Shown here piece by piece: positions 41,575 through 53,788 of a stretch of 64,000 nt of DNA; position 1 is the stretch's first letter, and each line of letters opens with the position of its first letter. The notes beneath the pieces are model-generated. The model was not told where the DNA came from. It ran no database searches and saw only the letters and a list, made by a program, of their open reading frames with translations. Source of the stretch: Terriglobia bacterium (lineage in GTDB: Bacteria > Acidobacteriota > Terriglobia > 20CM-2-55-15); the NCBI GenBank assembly GCA_965198225.1, contig CBDAOY010000005.1:224001-288000 (forward strand), read 5' to 3'. The position numbers and the translations under genes are program-made.

Positions 41575-41645
41575 GTGTAGGTGCGCTCTATGAGCGCATA
41601 AATGCCCGCAGAATCACGAGTTGTGCGTCATAGACCGCACCTACA

Positions 41646-41646
<1 letters not shown>
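41575..41646. repeat. REP doublet family C
   Basis: gtgtaggtgcgctctatgagcgca ... tgcgtcatagaccgcacctacac, abutting the clpC stop. Confidence 0.85.
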
Positions 41647-44084
<2,438 letters not shown>

Positions 44085-44328
44085 GATCTGATCTCTGCGT
44101 TCAGTCTCGCCCGAAAAGGACGTCTACCTAAGGATTTACCGAGTTTTGACGACTATTTCGATTCTAGCCGAAGCGCACAAGCAGAAACAACAGGCTTTTC
44201 CTGCAACAGGCCGTAGAAACAAGCAAATACGGGCATGTTCCGACAGAGAACCGGGCGTCGATCCACGCGTCGAAGCCCCGAATCAGTCCGCCGGACACAC
44301 GGATCTGAGCCCTACCGGTCGCCTCACC

Positions 44329-45009
44329 TCAACGAGCCGGTGAAACGGCCTCGAGATGCCCAGCCTCGATTTTCCAGACCTGCTCACACTTTGCGGCGAT
44401 TCTCTCGTTGTGCGTCACGATCACCGAAGTGAGACCCCGTTCGGCATGGAGTTCCCGGACAACGTCAAAGACCTCTTCGCCGGTATGGAGATCGAGGTTC
44501 CCCGTAGGCTCGTCGGCGAGCAGGATTTCGGGTTCACCGACAAGGGCTCGAGCGATCGCAACACGCTGCTGTTCTCCTCCGGAAAGCTCACCCACCTTGT
44601 GCTCCAGCCTCGCCCCCAGCCCTACCCGTTCAAGCAATTGGCGGGCTCGCAACAATGCGTCGTCTCTCGTGTTGCCCCGAACCAGCAGCGGCATCGCCGC
44701 GTTCTCCACCGCCGTGAACTCGGGTAGCAGGTGGTGAAACTGGAAGACGAAGCCTACGTGGCGGTTACGAAACTCCGCGAGCCGGGCCGAGGGAAGGGCG
44801 AAGACATCCTCACCTTCGAACAGCACCTGGCCCGAACTCGGCGTGTCCAAGCCGCCAAGCAGATGGAGCAACGTACTCTTGCCAGCACCTGAAGGTCCAA
44901 TTACGGCCACCAGGTCGCCCCGCTCGACCGTCAGTTTGAGACCCTCGAAGATAACAATATCGGCGGCAGGAGTTCGGTAGATCTTCGACAGCTCAAGGGC
45001 TTCCAACAT
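44329..45009 (-). CDS. lolD: Lipoprotein-releasing ABC transporter ATP-binding protein
   Basis: GPSGAGKS, FVFQFHHLLPEF, LSGGEQQR, ADEPTGNLD. Confidence 0.92.
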   Translation of the reverse strand: MLEALELSKIYRTPAADIVIFEGLKLTVERGDLVAVIGPSGAGKSTLLHLLGGLDTPSSGQVLFEGEDVFALPSARLAEFRNRHVGFVFQFHHLLPEFTAVENAAMPLLVRGNTRDDALLRARQLLERVGLGARLEHKVGELSGGEQQRVAIARALVGEPEILLADEPTGNLDLHTGEEVFDVVRELHAERGLTSVIVTHNERIAAKCEQVWKIEAGHLEAVSPAR

Positions 45010-45015
45010 AGGCGG

Positions 45016-45021
45016 ATTATA
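45016..45021 (-). promoter_or_regulatory. -10 box TATAAT 6 nt upstream of the lolD ATG
   Basis: tataat-ccgcct-atg on the minus strand. Confidence 0.55.
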
Positions 45022-45050
45022 CGTGGATCGGACTGACAGATCAGGGGTTT

Positions 45051-45128
45051 AGCCACCGACTGCACCGATTTTTCGGATCAAGTGCCTTTGGGACAGACCG
45101 ATTCTTGCTGTCTGTGCAATCCGTGTTC
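45051..45128. repeat. Degenerate family B copy
   Basis: agccaccgactgcaccgatttttcggat ... tctgtgcaatccgtg. Confidence 0.65.
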
Positions 45129-45132
45129 CTGC

Positions 45133-46347
45133 TTACTCATAGCGGAGAGCTTCCACAGGTTGGAGCTTGGATGCTGCGCGGGAAGGATAGATCGTGGCCA
45201 GGTAACTGATCAAAATTGCCGCAGTCGCCACAATTGCCGAGTCGATCGAGCTCAGCTTGAAGGGCACATAGGCGATGGAGTAGACGTCCGGGGCGAGGCT
45301 GACGAGGCGGTAGGCGTCGGCGACGTAGGCAGCGATGTTCCCCACGATGAGACCGATGGCCGTGCCGACCACCCCGATGATCACGCCCTGGGCGATGAAC
45401 ACCCGCCGTATGTTCTCCTCGGTCGCGCCCATCGACATGAGGACCGCAATGTCCCGCGTTTTCTCCATCACCATCATCACGAGTGTCACGACGATGTTCA
45501 GGGAAGCGACGATGACGATCAGGCCGATCGTAATGATCATCACGAGCCGCTCCAGCTGCAGGGCCTGGAAGATCGCTGTGTTCTGGGTCTTCCAATCGGT
45601 GTACTCGAGATCCTGGTCCAGGGCGGAAAGAATGCGTGGACCCAGCGTATCCGTCTCGTCGAGGTCTTCAACCTGTACCTCGATACTGGAGGCCACATCG
45701 CCGACGCGGGAGAGCCGCTGGGCGTTACCCAGCGCAACGTATACCCAACCGGAGTCGAACTCGTACAGTCCGGAGTTGAAGATGCCGACAACCTCGACGA
45801 AGCGGGAGAGGGGCGCCGGACCAGCAGGGGTCAAGCGCGTCTCCGCGCTCAGGATCCGCAGGCGATCGCCGACGAAAGATCCCAGATGCTGCGCCAGTTC
45901 CTCTCCGATCAGGATCGAGTTGTCCTTGAAGTCGTCGACCGAACCCTCGACCAGCGTGTTCAGGACATCCGATCGCGCGGCCTCGAGTTTCGGGACGATC
46001 CCCTTCATCCAGACGCCGCGATTCTGGACGGTGCTCGACAGCAGGACCGTCTGGTACAGGGCCGGAGCGGCCGCTTTCACACCGTCGAGGCGGCTTACCT
46101 GATCCGCCACCGAGCGGTAGTCGCTGATCCCGTCACGGGTTGCCTTCAGTAGCGTGATGTGGGCCTGCGCACCGAGAAGCTTCTCCTGCAGATCCTGCCG
46201 AAAGCCTGCGTTGATGGCCAGGGCGATGACGAGGGCCGCAACGCCGGCGGCGACCCCAACGATGGAGATCACTGTAATGAGCGACACGACGGCCTGCTTG
46301 CGCTTGGCCTTGAGATAGCGGATCGCTACGAGGAACTCGAACCTCAT
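45133..46347 (-). CDS. Lipoprotein-releasing system permease LolC/E
   Basis: IRYL, V.EK..DIA.L.SMGA, YPSRAA...PVEALRYE; ATG at 46347. Confidence 0.92.
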   Translation of the reverse strand: MRFEFLVAIRYLKAKRKQAVVSLITVISIVGVAAGVAALVIALAINAGFRQDLQEKLLGAQAHITLLKATRDGISDYRSVADQVSRLDGVKAAAPALYQTVLLSSTVQNRGVWMKGIVPKLEAARSDVLNTLVEGSVDDFKDNSILIGEELAQHLGSFVGDRLRILSAETRLTPAGPAPLSRFVEVVGIFNSGLYEFDSGWVYVALGNAQRLSRVGDVASSIEVQVEDLDETDTLGPRILSALDQDLEYTDWKTQNTAIFQALQLERLVMIITIGLIVIVASLNIVVTLVMMVMEKTRDIAVLMSMGATEENIRRVFIAQGVIIGVVGTAIGLIVGNIAAYVADAYRLVSLAPDVYSIAYVPFKLSSIDSAIVATAAILISYLATIYPSRAASKLQPVEALRYE

Positions 46348-46354
46348 TACCCGG

Positions 46355-46360
46355 ATTATA
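46355..46360 (-). promoter_or_regulatory. -10 box TATAAT 7 nt upstream of the lolC/E ATG
   Basis: tataat-ccgggta-atg on the minus strand. Confidence 0.55.
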
Positions 46361-46407
46361 CCTGGACTGATACCCCGATTACCGGATGGAACAGGGATCG
46401 TACGAAG

Positions 46408-46522
46408 TAGCCACGGATTGCACGGATTTAGCGGATTTCTTTCGGACAACGGACCACAGTATTCTTCCTATCCGTGTAATCCGTGAAATCCGTGGCGGTC
46501 TTTGTCCGAGCAATCCGTGGTT
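46408..46522. repeat. Family B repeat, downstream flank of the GxxExxY gene
   Basis: tagccacggattgcacggatttagcggat ... atccgtgtaatccgtgaaatccgtggc ... caatccgtggt. Confidence 0.9.
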
Positions 46523-47817
46523 TACCGGATCAATCTTTTCCACGTCAGGCTCTCCTCACCGAAATTGACCACGAGTCCGATCGGCACGGCCCGGGCTTTC
46601 ATGTAGGAAAGGGCCTGCGCAATATGCACATTGTGAATCCCGCTGACCGCCTTTAGTTCGACGATTACCTCGTCATTGACGATGACATCCAGCCGGTGTT
46701 TGCCGACTAGCCCGGGGCGTTTTCGGGTTAACACTAATGAGCATGAATGTTTTACGAATCATTCGGCGTGTGGAGGAGATCACACAGGAGCAGTCGGTTG
46801 TCGCATCGAGCCGGAACTGCCGCGTCATAAGGGCGGGGCAACGTCAGTCTTTCGAACCTGCGGACGGTCTTGAACGCCATTTTCAGACGGTATGGTGGCT
46901 GAGCAGGGCTGCAAGTGGCGCGGTCTGCCCAAGCGCTTTGGCAACTGTCCGCACCACCATCTACACCCGGATGAACCTCATACAAAGCTGGTGATGAAGA
47001 ACGGGGTGCTCGACGCCGTCTTCGAAAAACTCCAGCGCGAGCAACTGGTGCGCATCCGGGTGGAAGCCGTTTCGATGGACTCGACCATTGTGAAGGTCCG
47101 CATCCCGACGGCACAGGAGCGTTAAAAAAAACGGTCCGGTGGCAAGCGATCGGCAACCATCCCGCGGAGGATGGACCACCAAGATTCATCGGATGGTTGC
47201 CGCGAATGCTCGAACGGCGATAACGTTTGCACCTCTCGCCCGGACCTCCTAACCAAGCGCACGACGCCCCGCAGGGCCGCGAGCTGCTCGCCGGCCTGGG
47301 GCCGTTGCCCGCGCCGCTGCCGCTGCCTGATGGACCGTGCCTACCAGGACGACCAGACCCGCCAATTGGCTCTGGATTTTGGGTGGATTCCCGTCGTGCC
47401 GCAGCCAAGCGCAACCGCTTGGAGCCACCGGGAATACGACCGCGTTCTCTACCGCCGCAGGAACGAAGTCGAGAGGCGTGGTCTTCCGCCGACTCAAAGG
47501 TTTCCGGCGTCTCACGCGGTTTGGACAAAGTCCGTGAAATTATTCTCATAAGGGCCGCTTCGATAAACTCGACGTCATGTTCCTCGCCTTCCTTCACTTC
47601 GCTCTCATCGTCGAGGCACTACGTTAGTGTTAACACGCCCTAGCTGGCCTTTATAAGCGACTCGTACTTCCGATTCGGTGGTTCTCGATAGGCCTCGAAG
47701 GCCCAGTTCGTGAAGGAAGGCTTTCCTGTAGATGGTTTCCAGGAAGCCGGGGCCCAACACACGATGGACTTCCATGGCGGCGCCGATAATGGTGCGGGTG
47801 AGTCTCTCCGATCGCAT
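46522..47817 (-). pseudogene. GxxExxY protein (PD-(D/E)XK nuclease family) interrupted by an IS5 element
   Basis: N-half IIGAAMEVHRVLGPGFLETIY (47817-47640) and C-half RLDVIVNDEVIVELK...AQALSY...VNFG (46710-46522). They join in frame as YKGQLVGKHRLD once the insert and one CTAG are removed. Confidence 0.9.
46711..47639 (+). mobile_element. IS5-family insertion sequence, heavily frameshifted, with CTAG flanks
   Basis: Transposase fragments GCKWRGLPKRFGN, MDSTIVK, GGWTTKIH, MDRAY and RNEVER; A8 tract at 47124; right IR ttagtgttaacacgccc and a degenerate left IR. Confidence 0.88.
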
Positions 47818-47839
47818 GATCTCGCCGGAGCATTTCGCG

Positions 47840-47970
47840 TGCCACGGATTGCACGGAGGAATCTAGCCACGGATTACACGGATTTAGCGGATTTCTTTCG
47901 GACAGCAGGCCCCAGTATTCTTCCTATCCGTGAAATCCGTGGCTTGTTCTATGTGTGTAATCCGTGGATC
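47840..47970. repeat. Family B repeat, upstream flank of the GxxExxY gene
   Basis: gccacggattgcacgg...gccacggattacacggatttagcggatttctttcggaca...atccgtgaaatccgtggc; near-identical core to 46408. Confidence 0.9.
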
Positions 47971-49445
47971 TACTCTTCGGCTCTCAAGTGCGGGAACAGG
48001 ATCACGTCGCGGATTGATCGGGAGTCGGTCAGCAGCATCGTCACGCGGTCGACTCCGATGCCTTCACCGGCGGTCGGCGGCATGCCGTAGGCCAGGGCCC
48101 GGACATAGTCGTCGTCCATGGCGTGCGCTTCTTCGTCGCCCCGTTTCTGAGCTTCGAGCTGGTCCTCGAATCGTTTTCGCTGGACCACGGGGTCGTTCAG
48201 CTCCGAATAGGCGTTGGCAATCTCCATGCCGGCTATGAATAGCTCGAAGCGTTCGACGAGCCGGGGGTCGCTCTTCTTCGCCTTCGAAAGCGGGGACATC
48301 TCGACCGGATAGTCGTAAATGAAGGTAGGCTGGATCAGGTGCTCTTCGGCGACGTTGTCAAACAGCTCGCCGATCAGGTAGCCGAGGGGAAGCTGCGGAT
48401 TGTAGTCGGCCTTCACATCGTCGAGTAGCATGACGACGCTTTCGGGTTCGTCGAACATCGACTCCTGGATCTCGCGCGGATAGTACTTGACGATAGCTTC
48501 CTTCACACTGAGCCGGGTCCAGTTGTCGAAATCGATCTCTTTGTCGGCATAGGTGATCCGGCGCGACCCGCAGACCTTGTCGACCACAGCCTTCATCATC
48601 TCCTCGGTCAGATCCATCAGGTCGGTGTAGTCGCTGTATGCCTCGTAGAACTCCAGCATCGTGTACTCGGGGTTGTGTTTGATCGACATCCCTTCGTTGC
48701 GGAAGCTTCGGTTCAGGTCGTAAACCTTGCTCAACCCACCGACGATCAGCCGCTTCAAGTACAACTCGGGCGCGATCCGGAGGTAGAACGGCATGTCCAG
48801 CGTGTTGTGGTGTGTCCTGAAGGGTCGCGCCAACGCGCCTCCGGCGACGGGATGGAGGATCGGAGTCTCGACCTCGAGGTACCCTCGGTCGTCGAGGAAG
48901 CGCCGCATCTCTCGGACGATCTGGCTGCGTCTTACGAAAACGTCGCGAACGGCCTGATTGACGATGAGGTCCACGTACCGTCGTCGGTACCGAATCTCGA
49001 CGTCGGTCAGTCCGTGCCACTTTTCGGGAAGTGGCAGAAGACCCTTGGAGAGGAAGGTCAACTCGGACGCCAGCACGGTGAGTTCACCGGTGCGCGTCCG
49101 GAACATCGCCCCTTCGACACCGATGAAGTCGCCGATGTCGAGCAGCTTGTAGAGATGGAAATCCCTTTCCGGAAGTTTGTCTTTCTTGGCGTAGACCTGG
49201 ATCCGGCCTCCGCCCTCGTAAATCGTCAGGAACCCGGCTTTTCCGAAAGGACGGCTTGCGACGATCCGGCCGGTCACCCGGACAGTCTCGGACGACTGCT
49301 CCAGTTCTTCACCGGATCTCTCGGAAAACTGGTCGGTCACAGCCAGCAGCGTGTGTGTATATTCGTACGAAGTCGGGTATGGATCGTAGCCGAGCTCTTC
49401 GATCTTCTTGAGCTTCTCGAGCCGGACCTGTTCGAGTTCTTCCAT
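47970..49445 (-). CDS. lysS: Lysine--tRNA ligase (class II)
   Basis: [36 protein letters not shown]. Confidence 0.97.
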   Translation of the reverse strand: MEELEQVRLEKLKKIEELGYDPYPTSYEYTHTLLAVTDQFSERSGEELEQSSETVRVTGRIVASRPFGKAGFLTIYEGGGRIQVYAKKDKLPERDFHLYKLLDIGDFIGVEGAMFRTRTGELTVLASELTFLSKGLLPLPEKWHGLTDVEIRYRRRYVDLIVNQAVRDVFVRRSQIVREMRRFLDDRGYLEVETPILHPVAGGALARPFRTHHNTLDMPFYLRIAPELYLKRLIVGGLSKVYDLNRSFRNEGMSIKHNPEYTMLEFYEAYSDYTDLMDLTEEMMKAVVDKVCGSRRITYADKEIDFDNWTRLSVKEAIVKYYPREIQESMFDEPESVVMLLDDVKADYNPQLPLGYLIGELFDNVAEEHLIQPTFIYDYPVEMSPLSKAKKSDPRLVERFELFIAGMEIANAYSELNDPVVQRKRFEDQLEAQKRGDEEAHAMDDDYVRALAYGMPPTAGEGIGVDRVTMLLTDSRSIRDVILFPHLRAEE

Positions 49446-49478
49446 GGTCTGTCAGCGACGGATAAGAAGAAAAGATTC

Positions 49479-49562
49479 TAACCACGGAGGCACAGAGGCA
49501 CGGAACGAATTTTGTGTCCGAGCTGAAATCAAAAACTCCGTGTCTCCGCGCCTCCGTGGTTA
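49479..49562. repeat. Family A palindromic repeat; its end supplies the nusB TAA stop
   Basis: taaccacggaggcacagaggcacgga ... ctccgtgtctccgcgcctccgtggtta. Confidence 0.88.
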
Positions 49563-49976
49563 TGTCTTCTTCTCTTCAATTTCCTTCCGGATACTATCCA
49601 GAATCCCGTTGACGAAGTTGGGAGACTGCTCGGCGCCGTAGCGGCGGGCGATTTCGATCGCTTCGTTGATGACGACGGTGCTCGGGGTCTCTTCGTCGTA
49701 GAGCAGTTCCTGGGTCGCCAGCCTCAGGATGTTGCGGTCGACGGTGTCCATCCGATCGAGCCGCCAGTTTTCGGCGTGGCTCTCGATTACCGGATCGATC
49801 TTCTCAATAGCCCCAACGGTCCGCTCCAGCAACCGGTCGGCAAACTCCCGGGCGTCGGGAGACGCCTCGTGAACCTCCCAGAAGTTCACGGAAATCTCGT
49901 CAAACGGGTCGCGCGTCAGATCCCACTGGAACAGCATCTGGAGCGCGCACTCCCTTCCTTGCCGTCGAATACCCAT
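49560..49976 (-). CDS. nusB: Transcription antitermination factor NusB
   Basis: RRQGRECALQ.LFQ, W.LDRM..VDRNILRL, INEAIE, FVNGILD. Confidence 0.96.
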   Translation of the reverse strand: MGIRRQGRECALQMLFQWDLTRDPFDEISVNFWEVHEASPDAREFADRLLERTVGAIEKIDPVIESHAENWRLDRMDTVDRNILRLATQELLYDEETPSTVVINEAIEIARRYGAEQSPNFVNGILDSIRKEIEEKKT

Positions 49977-49989
49977 CGAATATCGATTG

Positions 49990-50481
49990 TCAAAGATCGC
50001 GAAGCAGTCGGACCATTTCTATGGCAGCTATCGCCGCGTCGAAACCGCGGTTGCCGGCATCCCCTCCAGAACGGGCTGCGGCTTGCTCGTAGTTCTCGGT
50101 CGTCAGGACACCGAACGTAACAGGAATGTTCGCATCGAGCGAAACACGCAATAAACCCTCCGTGGCAGCGCGGCCGACATGCTCAAAATGCGGCGTCTCT
50201 CCGCGAATCACGCATCCGAGCGCGATGACCGCATCGAAGGCGCCGTCAGTGGTCAGGCGTTTAGCTGCCACCGGAAGTTCGAAGGAGCCGGGTACGCGAA
50301 CCACGCGCACTTCGTGGGGCGGCGTGCCGGTCTTCTCGAGCGCTTCAAGAGCCCCTTCGAGCAGGCGATCGACGATGTTCGCGTTGAACCGGCTCGCGAC
50401 GATCGCAAACCCGAGCCCCGAAGAGTCGAGGTTGTCGGGAATCTTCGGCGACTCTTTACTCTCCTTTGAAGTTCGCTCCAC
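49990..50481 (-). CDS. ribH: 6,7-dimethyl-8-ribityllumazine synthase
   Basis: SRFN, VPGSFELP, IRGETPHF, FGVLT. Confidence 0.95.
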   Translation of the reverse strand: MERTSKESKESPKIPDNLDSSGLGFAIVASRFNANIVDRLLEGALEALEKTGTPPHEVRVVRVPGSFELPVAAKRLTTDGAFDAVIALGCVIRGETPHFEHVGRAATEGLLRVSLDANIPVTFGVLTTENYEQAAARSGGDAGNRGFDAAIAAIEMVRLLRDL

Positions 50482-51235
50482 GTTTCTCCAGGAACGCTCG
50501 AGTCCCTTCCTTCATGTCCTCGGTCGCGCAACATAGACCGAACAGGGTCGCCTCGAGGAACTGTCCTTCCGCTTGAGTCATCTCGACACCCCGATTAACG
50601 GCTTCTAGACAGAACTGTACCGCCAGAGGCGCGTTGGCGATGATCTTTCTTGCCAGAGCCTCGGCAGCGCTTATGAGCTCGGCCTGCGGGACCACTTGGT
50701 TGGCAAGACCGATCCGGCTGGCCTCTTCGGCGGTGACCATCTCGCCGGTGATCAGGATCTGCATCGCGCGGCCTTTTCCGACAAGCCGCGGCAGCCGCTG
50801 CGTGCCCCCGTAGCCCGGGATGATGCCCAGCTTCACCTCAGGTTGCCCGAACACGGCATTGTCGGAGGCGATCCGGAACGAGCACGCCATGGCCAGCTCA
50901 CAACCTCCACCCAGGGCATAACCGTTGACCGCAGCGATCACGGGTTTGCCGAGTTCCTCGATGAAGTTGAACGTGGCCTGGCCTGACAACGCCCATTCTT
51001 TACCTGGCACGGGAGTCTGGACGGCCAGCTCGTTGATGTCGGCGCCGCTGACGAACGCCTTTTCCCCGCCCCCGGTAAGGATGACCACGCGGACTGCAGC
51101 GTCATTCTTCGCTTCCCCGAAAGCCTGCCGCAACTCGGCCACCGTCTGCGCGTTGAGCGCATTCCGCACCTTGGGCCTGTCAATGGTTACAAAGGCTATA
51201 CTGTCCCGGACTTCACACACTAAATTTTCATACAT
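50456..51235 (-). CDS. Enoyl-CoA hydratase (crotonase)
   Basis: AFVSGADI, GGGCELA, GQPEVKLG..PG.GGTQRL; ATG at 51235. Confidence 0.93.
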   Translation of the reverse strand: MYENLVCEVRDSIAFVTIDRPKVRNALNAQTVAELRQAFGEAKNDAAVRVVILTGGGEKAFVSGADINELAVQTPVPGKEWALSGQATFNFIEELGKPVIAAVNGYALGGGCELAMACSFRIASDNAVFGQPEVKLGIIPGYGGTQRLPRLVGKGRAMQILITGEMVTAEEASRIGLANQVVPQAELISAAEALARKIIANAPLAVQFCLEAVNRGVEMTQAEGQFLEATLFGLCCATEDMKEGTRAFLEKRGANFKGE

Positions 51236-51263
51236 GGCTCTAACCAGTAGGATGAAGAAGATA

Positions 51264-51338
51264 TAACCACGGAGGCGCGGAGACACGGAGTTGATTAGAC
51301 CTCATGGGTTTCTCCGTGCCTCTGTGCCTCCGTGGTTA
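51264..51338. repeat. Family A palindromic repeat
   Basis: taaccacggaggcgcggagacacggag ... ctccgtgcctctgtgcctccgtggtta. Confidence 0.88.
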
Positions 51339-51346
51339 GCAAATTC

Positions 51347-52225
51347 CTAATACAACGGCTTTGGGTTGGCCGGGTCGCTGTGATCGTAGAAGCCGCGGCC
51401 GGTTTTGCGGCCGTGGTGGCCGGCCAGGACCATTCGCTTCAGCAAAGGAGGCGGCGCGAACCGGCGCTCACGGAACTCGTCGAACATGATGTTGGCGATG
51501 TAGTACGTCGTATCCAGGCCGACGAAATCCAACAGCGTAAAGGGTCCCATGGGATAGCCGCAGCCGAGCTTCATCCCGTTGTCGATGTCGGAAACTGAGC
51601 CGATACCCTCCTCCAGGCCCCGGACCGCGTCGAGCAGGTACGGCACGAGCAGCCGGTTCACGATGAAGCCCGACCGGTCGGTCGTCCGAATCGGAACCTT
51701 GCCCAGACTCTTGCCGAAGTCCATGGCCTCGTCCATGACGCCGGGGGCCGTCGTAATGGTGCCGACGACCTCGACCAGTTTCATGATCGGAACCGGGTTA
51801 AAGAAGTGAAGGCCGATAAAGCGGTCCACCCGCCTGGTCGCCGTCATCATTTCGGTGATGACCAGCGAGGACGTGTTGCTGGCGAAGATGGCTCCGTCCT
51901 TCACGGCTTCGTCCAACTCCTTGAAGAGCTCCCGCTTCAAGTCGAGGTTCTCGATGACGGCCTCGATGACGACATCGCAATCGGCCAGATCGCCGACGTT
52001 TGTGGTTCCGCTCAGCCGCCCCATGATCTCGGCCTTCTGCTCCCCGGTAATCTTTTCTTTCTTGAGCAGCCGCGAAAGCGACTTGTCGATCGATGCCATC
52101 CCCTTGTCGAGAAACTCGTCGGCCACTTCGCGGACGACGGTTTCGAACCCTGCCGCGGCCGCCGTCTGCGCGATGCCGGATCCCATCAGGCCACAGCCCA
52201 GCACTCCAACCTTCTTGATAGCCAT
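51347..52225 (-). CDS. hbd: 3-hydroxybutyryl-CoA dehydrogenase
   Basis: GCGLMGSG, SNTSSL, HFFNPV, GFIVNR, PMGP..L.D.VGLD. Confidence 0.92.
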   Translation of the reverse strand: MAIKKVGVLGCGLMGSGIAQTAAAAGFETVVREVADEFLDKGMASIDKSLSRLLKKEKITGEQKAEIMGRLSGTTNVGDLADCDVVIEAVIENLDLKRELFKELDEAVKDGAIFASNTSSLVITEMMTATRRVDRFIGLHFFNPVPIMKLVEVVGTITTAPGVMDEAMDFGKSLGKVPIRTTDRSGFIVNRLLVPYLLDAVRGLEEGIGSVSDIDNGMKLGCGYPMGPFTLLDFVGLDTTYYIANIMFDEFRERRFAPPPLLKRMVLAGHHGRKTGRGFYDHSDPANPKPLY

Positions 52226-52254
52226 TAATTAATGCCTCCCGAAACTTACGCCAG

Positions 52255-52324
52255 GTCTAGGGGCGGTCTATGACCGCACATTGTCCGAACCGAAACGACG
52301 TGCGCTCATAGAGCGCACCTACAC
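52255..52324. repeat. REP doublet family C
   Basis: ggcggtctatgaccgcac ... gtgcgctcatagagcgcacctacac. Confidence 0.85.
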
Positions 52325-52330
52325 CCCATA

Positions 52331-53503
52331 TCAGCTCAGTGCTTCGACAATAATTGCGATGCCTTGCCCACCGCCGATGCATGCGGTCGCAAGACCGTAT
52401 CGTTCGTTCCGTCGTCGGAGCTCATAGAGGACCGTCATCGTCAGCCGCGTACCGGTCGCGCCGAGCGGGTGTCCCAGGGCGATGGCACCGCCGTTGACGT
52501 TGACCTTGTCACGATCGAGACCGAGCTCCTTTTCCACGGCCAGATACTGTCCGGCGAAAGCCTCGTTCACTTCGATGAGGTCGATGTCGGAGAGCTGCAG
52601 TCCCGCCCGCTCGAGGGCTATCTTCGTAGCGGGAACGGGGCCGATGCCCATGATCTCAGGCGGTACACCAGCGATCCCCCAACTGACGATTCGACCCAGG
52701 GCGTTGCCGTTTGCCTTCTCGGCCGTGGTCAGGACAACGGCCGCGCCGCCATCGACGATGCCGCTGGCGTTGCCGGCCGTCACGAACCCGTCCTCGGCAA
52801 AGGCGGGCCGCAGCTTGGCCAGAGCTTCCATCGTGGTGTCCGGACGCATGTGGTCATCCTGCTCGACTATCTTGACGCCCTTGCGGCTCTTGAGCTCCAC
52901 CGGTGTGATTTCGTCTGCGAAACGCCCAGCCTGCCACGCCGCTGCAGCCGCCCTCTGACTGCGCAATGCGAACTCATCCTGCTGTTCGCGACTGATGTTG
53001 TGCTTGTTCGCCAGGTTATTCGCCGTCCCGGCCATGTAGCAGCCACAGTAGGTGTCCATCAGCGCGACCATCAACGAGTCCTCCATCTGAGCCTGACCCA
53101 GTTTCAGGCCCCACCGGGCGCCGCGGACAACGTGCGGCGCCTGGCTCATCGACTCGATGCCGCCCGCCAGAACGTGTTCGGCCTCCCCGAGTTCGATCAA
53201 CTGCGCGCCGGTGACGATGGCCTGAATCCCCGAACCGCACAAGCGGTTGAGGGTCAGAGCGGGCGTCTCGATCGGTAGGCCCGCCTTCAAGGCGACATGA
53301 CGTGCGCCATAGATCGCGTCGCCGCTGGTCTGCAGCGCGTTGCCAAAAACGGCATGATCGAAGTCCTCGGCGGCCACCCCCGACTGCTCGATCGCAGCCC
53401 GAGACGCGATGGCTCCCAACTCAAGTGCACTCAGGTCCCGGAGCGCTCCACCGTACTCCCCCATCGGGGTTCTTTTGCCGGCAACGATGACAATGTCTTT
53501 CAT
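52331..53503 (-). CDS. Acetyl-CoA C-acyltransferase (thiolase)
   Basis: NRLCGSG, NEAF, GHPLGATG, ACIGGGQG; ATG 53503 follows GGAGG. Confidence 0.95.
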   Translation of the reverse strand: MKDIVIVAGKRTPMGEYGGALRDLSALELGAIASRAAIEQSGVAAEDFDHAVFGNALQTSGDAIYGARHVALKAGLPIETPALTLNRLCGSGIQAIVTGAQLIELGEAEHVLAGGIESMSQAPHVVRGARWGLKLGQAQMEDSLMVALMDTYCGCYMAGTANNLANKHNISREQQDEFALRSQRAAAAAWQAGRFADEITPVELKSRKGVKIVEQDDHMRPDTTMEALAKLRPAFAEDGFVTAGNASGIVDGGAAVVLTTAEKANGNALGRIVSWGIAGVPPEIMGIGPVPATKIALERAGLQLSDIDLIEVNEAFAGQYLAVEKELGLDRDKVNVNGGAIALGHPLGATGTRLTMTVLYELRRRNERYGLATACIGGGQGIAIIVEALS

Positions 53504-53554
53504 GTACGACCTCCAAAACTGACAATTATCGCACAATTCAGAGAGAGGAGGAAC

Positions 53555-53737
53555 TTGACGACGGAGGCTCGGAGACACGGACATCTTTGTCTTTCGCCGA
53601 GCGTAGAGGCCCGTGAGAGAACCAATGTGAGGGGGACACGGCCTGGCCCTGTCCCCGGGTTTTCGCCACGCAGAAAAGTCGGTGAGCGATGCCACCTGCC
53701 CATCGCAAGATCTCCGTGCCTCTGTGCCTCCGTGGTT
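53555..53737. repeat. Nested repeat: family A arms enclosing a family D hairpin
   Basis: Left arm 53556-53582, family D element about 53611-53660, right arm 53712-53737. Confidence 0.8.
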
Positions 53738-53788
53738 CATCTTCTTCGCCTGCCAGAGCGGAGTCAGACCACATGCTAGACTGGCGCA

